NCBI GenBank assembly: GCA_018266455.1
Contig: JAFEAJ010000016.1
Coordinates: forward strand, 12,157-76,156
Length of the DNA stretch: 64,000 nt
Origin: Bacteroidota bacterium
GTDB taxonomy: Bacteria; Bacteroidota; Bacteroidia; Chitinophagales; Chitinophagaceae
Direction of reading: 5' to 3'
In this document: positions 47,491 through 57,113 of the stretch, in pieces
Layout of the letters: each line of letters starts with the position of its first letter
How positions within the stretch are numbered: position 1 is the first letter of the stretch
The notes under the pieces: model-generated
Told to the model about the DNA's origin: nothing
Databases searched by the model: none
Seen by the model: the letters and a program-made list of their open reading frames with translations, nothing else
Made by a program: the position numbers and the translations under genes

Positions 47491-47493
47491 TTT

Positions 47494-48123
47494 TTATTCC
47501 AGTTCTTTTTTCAACGCTTCAGAAACACTATACCTGCTATCGTTCTTGCTAAGCTCGTTCAGCAGGTCGTAAACTTTGCTGAGCCCTATTTTCCTGCCCC
47601 ATTCAAACGGGCCAAGCGGATAGCTTGTTCCCCATTTCATTGCAACATCTATTTCTTCTTTTGTGCTTACTTTATCCTGCAATGCATAATAAGCTTCGTT
47701 AATAATCATTGCCAGTATCCTTGCGCTGATCATCCCGCTGATGTCGGGCACAAAACGGAATTGCCAGTTCAATCCCAAAAAAATATTTTCTACTCCTTTT
47801 TTCTGATCTTCATGTAAAACCGATACTTCTATGATCGGCCTTCCCAGGAAACCCGGCCATGCATTCATGCGGATGAATGGCTGCCGTATCTGGCCAATTG
47901 TACTTGTCACCGAGTTAATAAACACCGGGCTGGGCGCCAATTTCTTGAGCTGAGCAACCCTGCTCTCTTGATTTTGGAATTCAAAGTCGAAATAAGCGCT
48001 TGCATTTGCTATGTTCATCAAGCCTTCTATTGAATCAGCCCAAACCCAACTCACGCCAGGTACGGCAGGTTTCTGCAATATTTCATTTCTTGCTATTTCA
48101 TTGGCCAGCGCAGCAATTTTCAT
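47494..48123 (-). CDS. 3-hydroxyacyl-CoA dehydrogenase family protein with a truncated NAD-binding domain
   Basis: C-terminal dimerisation domain RILAMIINEAY..IDVAMKWGTSYPLGPFEW; no GxGxxG. Confidence 0.72.
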   Translation of the reverse strand: MKIAALANEIARNEILQKPAVPGVSWVWADSIEGLMNIANASAYFDFEFQNQESRVAQLKKLAPSPVFINSVTSTIGQIRQPFIRMNAWPGFLGRPIIEVSVLHEDQKKGVENIFLGLNWQFRFVPDISGMISARILAMIINEAYYALQDKVSTKEEIDVAMKWGTSYPLGPFEWGRKIGLSKVYDLLNELSKNDSRYSVSEALKKELE

Positions 48124-48527
48124 GACCCAATTTTAAGCAAAGAAAACCCATTTGCCGCTAACTGTGCAACCCTTAACTTTTATATACATATGGAGCGTTT
48201 CCCGCCGGTATGGTTCTGTGCATGACTTTACCAACGGCAGGGATATAAAGACAACTGTTCCTGCTGGTGTTTGCCGTGCTGCCGTCATTGCTAAAACCTG
48301 CCCGGAGCTGCAAGCCCCGGGCAGCAGATTGTTGCCTGCCCAGCATACCAAGGGCGAAGAAGTACTGTAAGATTCAGCATTTAAGAATAGTAATCAAGCG
48401 CTGCGACAGCGGGCATTGGCTTACATAAGTTAGTTTCAAAAGAATTCTTCTATATTTTATCGACTTTCAGTAATAATATTTTAAAAACCGACTGGTAGTT
48501 TCAAGACCATGAAACACTCAGGGGGTA

Positions 48528-48991
48528 TCATTTTTTTTTGCCTACCGCAAAGTGGGCAATAATGCCTAATCTCATATTCCATTGATGAATATCGGCGCTC
48601 GATGGGTCGACCACAGCAAAAGAAGGAAAGCCTTCTCCCTTTGCATTTACACCGAAGTAAGAAGAATTATTTGAAATATTCGGAGGATTAATATATGCGG
48701 CATTAAATCTAAGCGCAACAATCGGAATAAAAAAATACACGATACCAGCCTGACCAGTCCAGGAAAAACTGGTATGAGGACTTGGATAATCTGAGTATGA
48801 TTTTTCAACATTAGTGAATCCTCAAAGCATCCAATATAGGGACGTATTTTTTTGAAGGGCAAAGAAAAATTGATACCTATTACAAACCTAAAGGCCAGGT
48901 GGGGCAGAATAGGGAGGGGGTAAAGGATTGGAAGAATGTAGACAAGAATCTTCGAAGCCGGCACAGCTTTAAAAGATGTAAGAAGATTCAA
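48528..48991 (-). pseudogene. Frameshifted remnant of an outer-membrane beta-barrel protein gene
   Basis: One frame gives FVIGINFSLPFKKIRPYIG. Another continues, after an in-frame TGA, as GFTNVEKSYSDYPSPHTSFSWTGQAGIVYFFIPIVALRFNAAY..WNMRLGIIAHF. No signal peptide. Confidence 0.55.
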
Positions 48992-49036
48992 ACAGTTTTC
49001 ACTTTTGTCCTCCCGGCATTACTGGCTTCTTAATGT

Positions 49037-49064
49037 AAAAAGCCCGGGTCGCTAAACCAGGGCT
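49037..49064 (-). terminator. Intrinsic terminator downstream of the small ORF 49095-49310
   Basis: Minus strand AGCCCTGGT-loop-ACCCGGGCT followed by TTTT. Confidence 0.6.
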
Positions 49065-49094
49065 CATGATGATTGGAAGGTTATAAATGGAAAA

Positions 49095-49310
49095 TTAGTT
49101 GCTGTGGAATGCGGCCATTTCAATATCGTCTAACAATACCCCCCCCTTTTGTGCAAGAGATTTCCTTTCGGCAGTGAGGCGCCGGTTATCATACTTGCCC
49201 AACAGCTTGAAAACCCATTTTTGTTTTGCTGTTTCTCCTTTGAATAATCCAATAACAGTTCCGATAGTAACCGCCAGGAATATCACCATTTTGTTTTTAG
49301 TCCCTTGCAT
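49095..49310 (-). CDS. Small hypothetical protein with one N-terminal TM helix
   Basis: 71 aa, ATG start, hydrophobic MVIFLAVTIGTVIGLF then a basic segment; followed by its own terminator. Confidence 0.5.
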   Translation of the reverse strand: MQGTKNKMVIFLAVTIGTVIGLFKGETAKQKWVFKLLGKYDNRRLTAERKSLAQKGGVLLDDIEMAAFHSN

Positions 49311-49607
49311 ACGCCCACGGTTTAATGAATGATTAAATTAGATTTACTATAAGACAATTCTATATTGCCAAAAGCTGTACCAGTTTTAAAAAAAAAGGCA
49401 TACTTTTTTTGGGGCATGTAAATTTTTTTCTTGAAAAAAGAAAAATGAAACCATGAAACCCTTTGCTACATTGGTTTGACGCGATAGCCTGCAATTTGGT
49501 TACCGCTTTTTAACTGTTATGTTAATTCTTTGTTCTCAATTTTCAGGAGCAGCAATAGCCCCGCTTGTATTTTTTTTGGAAATTTGTTCCCAAAAAAAAC
49601 CTGTTAG

Positions 49608-51317
49608 ATGAAGCGGTTTATGTTTAGCTCTTTGTTCTTTATTTTTTCCGGCCCTTTGTTCTGCCAGCTTTTTTCTGTAAAAAATTATCCGCAGCATTAT
49701 TTCCGCGATCCACTAAATATACCCATTAGCCTTGCCGGTAATTTTGGAGAGATCCGGCCCAACCACTACCACATGGGGCTTGATATAAAAACACAAAAGC
49801 GGGTAAACCTTCCTGTTTACGCAGCAGCAGACGGGTATATTTCCAGGGTGAAGGTGGAACCTGCCGGGTTTGGCCAGGCCATTTACATTAATCACCCTAA
49901 CGGTTACGCTACGGTATATGCCCACCTGGATGACTTTTTCCCGGCATTGTCGGGCTATGTAAAAAAAGAACAATACCGGCTTGAATCGTGGAGGGTTTTC
50001 CTGGATATACCGCCGAATTTGTTCCCGGTCAAAAAAGGCGAACTGATTGCTTATAGCGGCAGCACAGGCGGCTCAGAAGCGCCACACCTGCATTTTGAGA
50101 TCAGGCGAACCAGCGATGATGTGAACCTGAACCCCAGCCTATTTGGATTGCCTATTACAGATCATACCAGCCCGGGCATTTTAAAGCTTGCTGTATATGA
50201 TGGCAATAAAAGCATCTACGAACAATCTCCCAAAATTATTGCTGTAAAAAAAACGAAAGGAGCTTTTGCCATTCCCGGCAATGTGATTGCCACGCCTTAC
50301 GCAAAAGTGCGGTTTGCCATAGCTGCTTTTGATACGGAATCGGGCTCGCCGAACCGCAATGGCATTTATCGGGCATCCCTTTATGACAATGGCCGGGCAG
50401 AAGCTGGTTTTGAAATGGACGATATCAGCTACCTCGGCACAAGAAATGTGAATGCACATATTGATTTTAAAACAAAGGCCCAAGGCGGCCCAACGCTCCA
50501 GCAATTGTTCCGGCTACCAGGTTATGTAAATTCTATTTATTATGCCAGGAAGGATGATGGAGTGATTGATATTAGCGATGGCTCCCTGCATAAAATAAAA
50601 ATTGAGGTGCAAGATGGCCATGGGAACAGCAGTGCGCTGAATTTTTCGGTGCGATATAAAGCCGTCCCTGAAAACAGCACAAAAATTACCGGGAAGACCT
50701 TCTATCCGCAAATGCTGGATGGCGCTGAAAACCCTAACTGCGCATTTTACATAGGTGAAAAATGCTTGTACGATTCTGTGCATATCAAATATGCTGAATC
50801 AAATGCTGTTTCGCCCAATGCGGCCTCGGCAGTTCATTCTATCGGGGAAACCTACATTCCTTTGCAAGACTCTTTTTTGGTAAGGATAAAGCCAAATGCC
50901 AATTTCGATATCAGCAAAAAAAGTAAAATAGTCATGCAGTGTTCTGCCGGGCCGAAAACCGAGGTGAGCACTGTACAATGGCAGGCAGGATGGGCATCGG
51001 CAAAATTCCGTGATTTTGGCGATTTTCAACTATTGGTTGATGAAGAGGCGCCGCAGGTCATCCCTGTTGGTTTTGTGGATGGAGCGAACCTTAGCCGGGC
51101 TCCCCGTATTGGTTTCATTATAAAAGACAACCTTGGTTCTGTTAAGAATTTCAGGGCGGAACTGGATGGGAAATGGCTTCGCTTCACAAATGATAAAGGC
51201 AAATCCTTTATTTATACATTTGATGAACATTGCCCGCCAGGGAACCATGAACTAAAGATTTCTGTTCAGGATGAAGCGGGGAATATAGCTGGGCAGGTAT
51301 ATCACTTTACAAGATGA
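49608..51317 (+). CDS. M23 family metallopeptidase, secreted, with C-terminal Ig-like domains
   Basis: HMGLDIKT (HxxxD), YAHL, PHLHFEIR (HxH). Confidence 0.9.
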   Translation: MKRFMFSSLFFIFSGPLFCQLFSVKNYPQHYFRDPLNIPISLAGNFGEIRPNHYHMGLDIKTQKRVNLPVYAAADGYISRVKVEPAGFGQAIYINHPNGYATVYAHLDDFFPALSGYVKKEQYRLESWRVFLDIPPNLFPVKKGELIAYSGSTGGSEAPHLHFEIRRTSDDVNLNPSLFGLPITDHTSPGILKLAVYDGNKSIYEQSPKIIAVKKTKGAFAIPGNVIATPYAKVRFAIAAFDTESGSPNRNGIYRASLYDNGRAEAGFEMDDISYLGTRNVNAHIDFKTKAQGGPTLQQLFRLPGYVNSIYYARKDDGVIDISDGSLHKIKIEVQDGHGNSSALNFSVRYKAVPENSTKITGKTFYPQMLDGAENPNCAFYIGEKCLYDSVHIKYAESNAVSPNAASAVHSIGETYIPLQDSFLVRIKPNANFDISKKSKIVMQCSAGPKTEVSTVQWQAGWASAKFRDFGDFQLLVDEEAPQVIPVGFVDGANLSRAPRIGFIIKDNLGSVKNFRAELDGKWLRFTNDKGKSFIYTFDEHCPPGNHELKISVQDEAGNIAGQVYHFTR

Positions 51318-51349
51318 TATCTTGTTTCATGTGCGAATAAATAAAACTC

Positions 51350-51512
51350 ATCCTAAGAAGCTGTCTAAAAACGATTATAGGAACAACCGGCAGGCTTACT
51401 CTTTTCCAAAGCTCATACAGGATCGCCCGGTTATCATCAATTACAAGCTTTGGAAAAGTTGAACTGACGTTATATGAAATCTTGAAATCATTTTTCGACA
51501 GTTTCTTAGGAT
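51350..51512. mobile_element. Non-coding MITE/REP-like palindromic element, 163 bp
   Basis: 27-bp terminal inverted repeats (24/27 match) enclosing a perfect 13-bp inner stem CTTTTCCAAAGCT/AGCTTTGGAAAAG (51401-51413 and 51446-51458); related copies at 20872 and 60254. Confidence 0.65.
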
Positions 51513-51563
51513 AAAAAGCAATTTCAAAGAACGGCAAGGTTCAAACAACAAATTACAGACCGC

Positions 51564-52031
51564 ATGGTTACTCTAAAAGAAGGCGACAAAGCCCCGGCAT
51601 TCGCCAGCGCTGATCAGGATGGGAAAAAAGTGGCTTTGAGCGATTATAAAGGAAAAAAAGTGGCATTGTATTTTTACCCGGAAGATGACACCGAAACATG
51701 CACCATACAAGCATGCAACCTGCGCGACAATTATGCTTTATTAAAAAAAGAAGGATTTGTGGTTTTAGGCGTTAGTCCCAATGATGAAAAAAGCCACAAA
51801 AAATTTGAAAAGAAATATGATCTGCCGTTTACCTTGCTTGTAGATACCGAACATAAAATAATTGACAAATATGGTGTTTGGGGCGAAAAGCAAATGTTCG
51901 GCAACAAGTATATGGGGCTTCACCGCACTACTTTTTTGATTGACGAAAAAGGCATCATCAGGAAAATATTCCTGAAACCCAAGTCGAAGCAGCATGCCCA
52001 GGAAATTGTGAAGGCATGGAAGGGGTTATAA
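51564..52031 (+). CDS. bcp: Peroxiredoxin Bcp/PrxQ
   Basis: LYFYPEDDTETCTIQAC, VLGVSP, RTTFLIDEKG. Confidence 0.92.
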   Translation: MVTLKEGDKAPAFASADQDGKKVALSDYKGKKVALYFYPEDDTETCTIQACNLRDNYALLKKEGFVVLGVSPNDEKSHKKFEKKYDLPFTLLVDTEHKIIDKYGVWGEKQMFGNKYMGLHRTTFLIDEKGIIRKIFLKPKSKQHAQEIVKAWKGL

Positions 52032-52147
52032 GCAACCTTTTATAAGCCTTAAATTTTGAAAAAGGCACAATAAAGTTTGCCGGGGTATAGCATAAGCGAT
52101 CCTCTATAAAAAAAATATTTTTCAAGCTTATTCCACAATCAAAACGT

Positions 52148-52855
52148 ATGAAGGACACTACTCTTTCTTATATAGAGCTCCGGAATATTATCGGGGTTGT
52201 AGGTGTTGGCTTGCCTGTTTTCTTAATACTGGGCTCAGGCATATTCACTGGCGGCCAACAATTCATTCAGCCATCCATTAGCCATTATTACTATAGCATC
52301 ATGCATGTGCTTTTTATGTGGGAGCTGATTATTTTGGGCATAACGCTGATTGTGTACAAAGGCAATAAAGCACAAAAGGTGGTTTCGACCATTGCCGGGT
52401 TTGCAGCATTTGGAGTTGCTGCTTTCCCAACTAAAATTGAAGAGTTTAAACCCAATACTGATAGCTCTTATATTTGTTTGAATAATCCGGTTACCGGATC
52501 CGGGAATTCAGTGCATTTTTCTTTTGCCACCATACTTTTTATTTGTTTTGCCATTTTTTGCTTTTGGCTATTTCAGCAACCAGATGAACCGCTAAAAACA
52601 GCATCAGAAAAGGTTAAAAAAAGAAGAAGAAATATTGTTTATCACATCTGCGGCAGCGTGATCACTGCATGCATTTTATCAATCGCTTTTTTCTCATTTT
52701 GCGCATCCAAATATGCAGCAGCACATTTTCCTTATCATGTGATCGCTTTTGAAATCCCCGCTTTAGAAGCATTTGGAATTTCCTGGCTTGTAAAAGGAAG
52801 CGCAAATTGGAAGAGGTACCGGGTGCTGCGCCCTGTTATTTCCCCCCTGCGATAA
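52148..52855 (+). CDS. Membrane protein, DUF998-like
   Basis: About 6 TM segments; QPSISHYYY, VAAFPT, VHFSFA. Confidence 0.6.
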   Translation: MKDTTLSYIELRNIIGVVGVGLPVFLILGSGIFTGGQQFIQPSISHYYYSIMHVLFMWELIILGITLIVYKGNKAQKVVSTIAGFAAFGVAAFPTKIEEFKPNTDSSYICLNNPVTGSGNSVHFSFATILFICFAIFCFWLFQQPDEPLKTASEKVKKRRRNIVYHICGSVITACILSIAFFSFCASKYAAAHFPYHVIAFEIPALEAFGISWLVKGSANWKRYRVLRPVISPLR

Positions 52856-52888
52856 TGGCGGAACAAAACAAAATACTTTTTCCAGAGT

Positions 52889-53680
52889 TTAGGATTTTGG
52901 AAAAGGCATTGCCCATTCCACTTCCCCAAACTCAAAACATCTTTCCATAGCGTCTGTTGTGACCAGGTTGCCATGCGCATTCACTTCCTTGATCGTCGTT
53001 TCAAAAACCAAAGCACCTTTTTTTAACTTTACCTTTTTATTCTTTTTGTACAAATGGCTGTTGTAGCCGGAAATGATTTTTTCTTTTTTCCCGTAGACAA
53101 GGTGCTGGTATCTTTTGTTGAGCAATACACATAATTCTTTGGCCAGGGCAATAACATCATAATTTTTTTCTGTGACCAATTTTAGTGAAGTAGGGTTGGG
53201 CAGGGTTTCGTCAAAATCTGTTTGATTGATATTAATGCCTATACCGACAATAGCAAATTTCCAGTTTTCGCCGGAAATGATATTTTCGATCAGTATCCCA
53301 CCTGTCTTTCTGTCACGGAAATAAAGATCATTTGGCCATTTTAAAGAAATGTTTCCCGGGAAATACATATTTAACAAATCGAAACAGGCCAGGGCCATGG
53401 ATGCGCTGAGCAGGAACTGGTCATGAAGCGCCAGCCCCAGCGGCTCTAAAACTACGCTCATTAGAATGTTTTCATTGATGCCGGTCATCCATCTTTTCCC
53501 CCTCTGGCCTTTACCGGCAGTTTGTTCATGCGCAAAAAAAACATTTCCATGAAAAGCCTTGCTGTCATGAACCTGGGCCATGGCATAATTGTTGGAACTG
53601 TCAACAGTCTTTAATTCAATGAAAAGGTTGCCTATTTGAGGCTGTGGTATATCTTGTCGGAAGGTATCAGGATATGACAA
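52889..53680 (-). CDS. birA: Biotin--acetyl-CoA-carboxylase ligase without an HTH domain
   Basis: DSSNNYA, QTAGKGQRG, KWPND, KTGGILIE, GIGIN; TTG start uncertain. Confidence 0.92.
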   Translation of the reverse strand: MSYPDTFRQDIPQPQIGNLFIELKTVDSSNNYAMAQVHDSKAFHGNVFFAHEQTAGKGQRGKRWMTGINENILMSVVLEPLGLALHDQFLLSASMALACFDLLNMYFPGNISLKWPNDLYFRDRKTGGILIENIISGENWKFAIVGIGININQTDFDETLPNPTSLKLVTEKNYDVIALAKELCVLLNKRYQHLVYGKKEKIISGYNSHLYKKNKKVKLKKGALVFETTIKEVNAHGNLVTTDAMERCFEFGEVEWAMPFPKS

Positions 53681-53848
53681 AAGATTACTATTTTTGAGCC
53701 CGGCAAAATTACGGTTTGCGGCTCAAAGTTCGGCGTGCCAAAAAGGGAGGGGAACTTTAAACCAAAAGCAGGATCTGGAACAAATAAGTCAATCTCAAAA
53801 CTTGTTTCGCACAAGTAAAACATAATTCATCACAAAACGTCTTAATTA

Positions 53849-54253
53849 TTGGAACAACTGTCTATGTTATCTACCCGCAAAAGGCAGCGGGTAGCGCGAA
53901 TTACCAGGAATTCAAAAATTTTTAAAACAATCATCCACGCCATCCAGGAAAAAAAAGGGGAAAATATTTTATCGCTCGACTTGCGGAAGATACATGAAGC
54001 GGTAGCCGATTTTTTTATTATCTGCGAAGCCAAAAGCCATACGCAGGTGAAAGCCATTGCTGATTTTGTGGAAGAAAAGGTAAGGGAACAATGTGAAGAA
54101 TTTCCGTACAAACATGAAGGCATGCAGGCATTGCGGTGGGTGCTGATTGATTATGTTAATGTGGTGGTGCACATCATGCTCCCCGAAAACAGGAAATTCT
54201 ACAGGCTGGAAGAAATGTGGAACGATGCGATAGCTGAGCAACATGAGGATTAA
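53849..54253 (+). CDS. rsfS: Ribosome silencing factor
   Basis: IQEKKGENI..DFFIICEA..WVLIDYVNVVVHIM..RKFYRLEEMW. Confidence 0.93.
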   Translation: MEQLSMLSTRKRQRVARITRNSKIFKTIIHAIQEKKGENILSLDLRKIHEAVADFFIICEAKSHTQVKAIADFVEEKVREQCEEFPYKHEGMQALRWVLIDYVNVVVHIMLPENRKFYRLEEMWNDAIAEQHED

Positions 54254-54351
54254 TAAAAGGGCGGGTGGCCGGCAAGCCATTCTTATGAACTTTTTACTTC
54301 GATAATTATTATAATATTTTAGTGTGAAGAGAAACTGGAAACAAAAATTAT

Positions 54352-56439
54352 ATGCCACAGGACGATTTGAAACAAAGCGATAAGAGCAATTTCCCGCGGT
54401 TTAGGCCAAGGAATGATAATGAAAACAACAACAGCCAGCGCAAAGGCCCGAAATTCAACATCTATTGGATATGGGGCATCATTGCTGTTACTCTACTGGG
54501 GTTCCAGTTTTGGGGAGGATGGTCTGGTTCCGATATCCACAAACTTGACTCCGACCAGGATTTCTGGGAGCAAATGCTTTCTAAAGGGGATGTCCAGAAA
54601 CTGGATTTGATCACGAATAAAAATGTGGTCAGGGTATATATTAAAAAAGACAGCCTTGATAAGCCTTATTACAAAGACAAGCTGAACAAGAGCTGGCCCG
54701 GGATGACAAAAGCAGATGGCCCACAATTCGAGTTCCAGGTCATTAAAATTGATGAATACGAAAAAAGGCTCAATGATTATTTTGCAAAGAACCCTTTAAT
54801 GAGCGTACCGATACAGGTGAAACAGGAAGGGGAATGGTTCCCGCAGGCATTGAACATTTTGCTGCCCATATTTATTATAGGATTGCTGTGGATTTTGATG
54901 ATGCGGAAGATGGGAGGGCAAGCAGGCAGTGGCGGCCCCGGCGGTATCTTTAACATCGGTAAATCGAAAGCCACTTTGTTCGATAAAGGCACAAAAGTGA
55001 ACATCACCTTCAGCGATGTGGCAGGGCTTGATGAAGCGAAAGTGGAAGTGATGGAGATAGTGGACTTCTTAAAAAACCCTAAAAAATATACTGCGCTTGG
55101 AGGCAAGATACCGAAAGGCGCTTTGCTTGTTGGCCCTCCCGGAACTGGCAAAACTTTGCTGGCCAAAGCGATGGCAGGCGAAGCCCAGGTGCCTTTCTTC
55201 TCAATGAGCGGCTCCGATTTTGTTGAACTGTTTGTAGGCGTTGGGGCCAGCCGTGTCCGCGATTTGTTCAAACAAGCCCGCGAAAAATCGCCCTGTGTTA
55301 TTTTTATCGATGAAATTGATGCTATTGGCCGTGCAAGAGGGAAAAATGCTATAATGAGCAATGATGAGCGCGAAAGTACCCTGAACCAGTTGCTTGTTGA
55401 AATGGATGGTTTCGGGGGAGACAGCGGCATCATTGTTCTTGCTGCTACGAACAGGCCTGATGTTTTGGACACAGCATTGCTCAGGCCCGGCCGTTTCGAC
55501 AGGCAGATTTCTATTGACAAACCAGACCTGAAAGGCCGCGAAGCGATCTTCAAAGTGCATTTGAAGCCAATCAAAATTTCGAGCAAACTTGATATCCACA
55601 AACTGGCCGAGCAAACACCCGGCTTTGCGGGGGCTGATATCGCTAATGTTTGTAATGAAGCTGCGTTGATTGCTGCAAGAAAAGGGAAAGAAACAGTGGA
55701 AATGGACGATTTCCAGGATGCTGTTGACCGCGTGATTGGCGGCCTTGAAAAGAAAAACAAGATCATTTCTCCGGATGAAAAAAGGATTATTGCCTATCAT
55801 GAAGCAGGCCATGCTATTTGCGGATGGTACCTTGAGCACGCTTACCCTTTATTGAAAGTGACCATTGTGCCAAGAGGTGTCGCAGCGCTTGGTTATGCAC
55901 AATACACTCCAAAAGAACAGTACCTTTATAATACCGACCAGTTGTTCGATCAGATTTGTATGACACTCGGTGGCCGCGCAAGCGAAGAACTGAACTTTGG
56001 CAAAATTTCTACCGGTGCGCAAAACGACCTTCAGCAGGTAACGCGCATCGCTTATTCAATGGTTACGGTGTATGGCATGAACGATAAGATTGGCAATGTT
56101 AGTTTTTACGACCCGCAGCAGGAAACCTCTTTTACCAAACCCTATTCAGAAGAAACCTCAAAGCTGATTGATGAAGAAGTGCGCAAATTGATTGATGAAG
56201 CATTTAACAGGACAAAGCAACTGCTCATTGAAAAAAGCCGGGAGGTGAAGATACTGGCCGAAGCATTGCTTGATAAGGAAGTGCTTTTCCAGAGCGATGT
56301 GGAAGTATTGATCGGCAAAAGGCCATTTGAGGAAAAAAGAGCGCTTGATGTAACAGAGCATGGCAGCCAGAATGGTGAAAATGGTTCTGTAACCGAAAAA
56401 ACAGAAAGCCCTTCCGAGCAGGAAAAAGTAAAATCATAA
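54352..56439 (+). CDS. ftsH: ATP-dependent zinc metalloprotease FtsH
   Basis: GPPGTGKT, FIDEID, SRH ATNRPDVLDTALLRPGRFDR, HEAGH. Confidence 0.97.
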   Translation: MPQDDLKQSDKSNFPRFRPRNDNENNNSQRKGPKFNIYWIWGIIAVTLLGFQFWGGWSGSDIHKLDSDQDFWEQMLSKGDVQKLDLITNKNVVRVYIKKDSLDKPYYKDKLNKSWPGMTKADGPQFEFQVIKIDEYEKRLNDYFAKNPLMSVPIQVKQEGEWFPQALNILLPIFIIGLLWILMMRKMGGQAGSGGPGGIFNIGKSKATLFDKGTKVNITFSDVAGLDEAKVEVMEIVDFLKNPKKYTALGGKIPKGALLVGPPGTGKTLLAKAMAGEAQVPFFSMSGSDFVELFVGVGASRVRDLFKQAREKSPCVIFIDEIDAIGRARGKNAIMSNDERESTLNQLLVEMDGFGGDSGIIVLAATNRPDVLDTALLRPGRFDRQISIDKPDLKGREAIFKVHLKPIKISSKLDIHKLAEQTPGFAGADIANVCNEAALIAARKGKETVEMDDFQDAVDRVIGGLEKKNKIISPDEKRIIAYHEAGHAICGWYLEHAYPLLKVTIVPRGVAALGYAQYTPKEQYLYNTDQLFDQICMTLGGRASEELNFGKISTGAQNDLQQVTRIAYSMVTVYGMNDKIGNVSFYDPQQETSFTKPYSEETSKLIDEEVRKLIDEAFNRTKQLLIEKSREVKILAEALLDKEVLFQSDVEVLIGKRPFEEKRALDVTEHGSQNGENGSVTEKTESPSEQEKVKS

Positions 56440-57087
56440 ATGAAAGTCTCTGCAGCTAAAGAAAATATTTTAAAAAAAATAAGAAAGGCGTTGATTCACT
56501 CAACGCCTATTCCATTTCCTCAAAGTGAAGGTAATGACGCTGTGTTTGAGCCATCAAAACAGGAACTGGAAGTTGAATTTGCGGAAAAGTTCACAAACCT
56601 CCTCGGGAAATTTATTTTTTGTGCCGATGAAGTTGAGCTTTTGTCTCAAATGTCCGCACTGGTCGCTGCTAACAAATGGACTGATGTTTTTTGTAAGGAC
56701 GAGAGGCTCAAAAAAATTTTCTTTAAAAAATTTTCGCCGGTTATTTCCGAACGCGAACTCGCCAATTGCCAGGCATCGATAACAGACTGTGAGGCGCTGA
56801 TAGCCAGGACAGGCAGTATTGTAATGAGCTCTGCCCAGCAAAGTGGCCGAACAGTGAGCGTGTATGCCCCTGTTCATATCTGCATCGCATATACCAGCCA
56901 ATTGGTATATGACATTAAGGATGGCTTAAAAAAAATTAAAGAAAGATATGCTGATCACATCCCTTCGCTCATCACGTTTGCAACCGGCCCCAGTCGCACT
57001 GCAGATATTGAAAAAACATTAGTGGTTGGGGTCCATGGGCCAAAAGAAGTTTATGTTTTTTTGGTAGATGGGCCAACTCCTAAATAA
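56440..57087 (+). CDS. LUD domain protein (LutC/YkgG-like)
   Basis: ARTGSIV, GPSRTADIEKTLVVGVHGPKEV; ATG immediately follows the ftsH TAA. Confidence 0.87.
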   Translation: MKVSAAKENILKKIRKALIHSTPIPFPQSEGNDAVFEPSKQELEVEFAEKFTNLLGKFIFCADEVELLSQMSALVAANKWTDVFCKDERLKKIFFKKFSPVISERELANCQASITDCEALIARTGSIVMSSAQQSGRTVSVYAPVHICIAYTSQLVYDIKDGLKKIKERYADHIPSLITFATGPSRTADIEKTLVVGVHGPKEVYVFLVDGPTPK

Positions 57088-57113
57088 GTATTTTTATTTG
57101 CTATTTTTACCAA

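Noticed and set aside
51307-51537. 76-aa minus-strand ORF
   Set aside because: Spans the palindromic repeat element, has an alternative start, and is not protein-like
52876-52906. TTTTCCAGAG..TTTTGGAAAAG hairpin resembling the repeat inner stem
   Set aside because: The right arm is birA C-terminal coding sequence and no other part of the repeat is present; at most a convergent terminator
54777-55839. 329-aa and 212-aa minus-strand ORFs inside ftsH
   Set aside because: Typical antisense ORFs opposite a conserved AAA+ domain; no independent evidence
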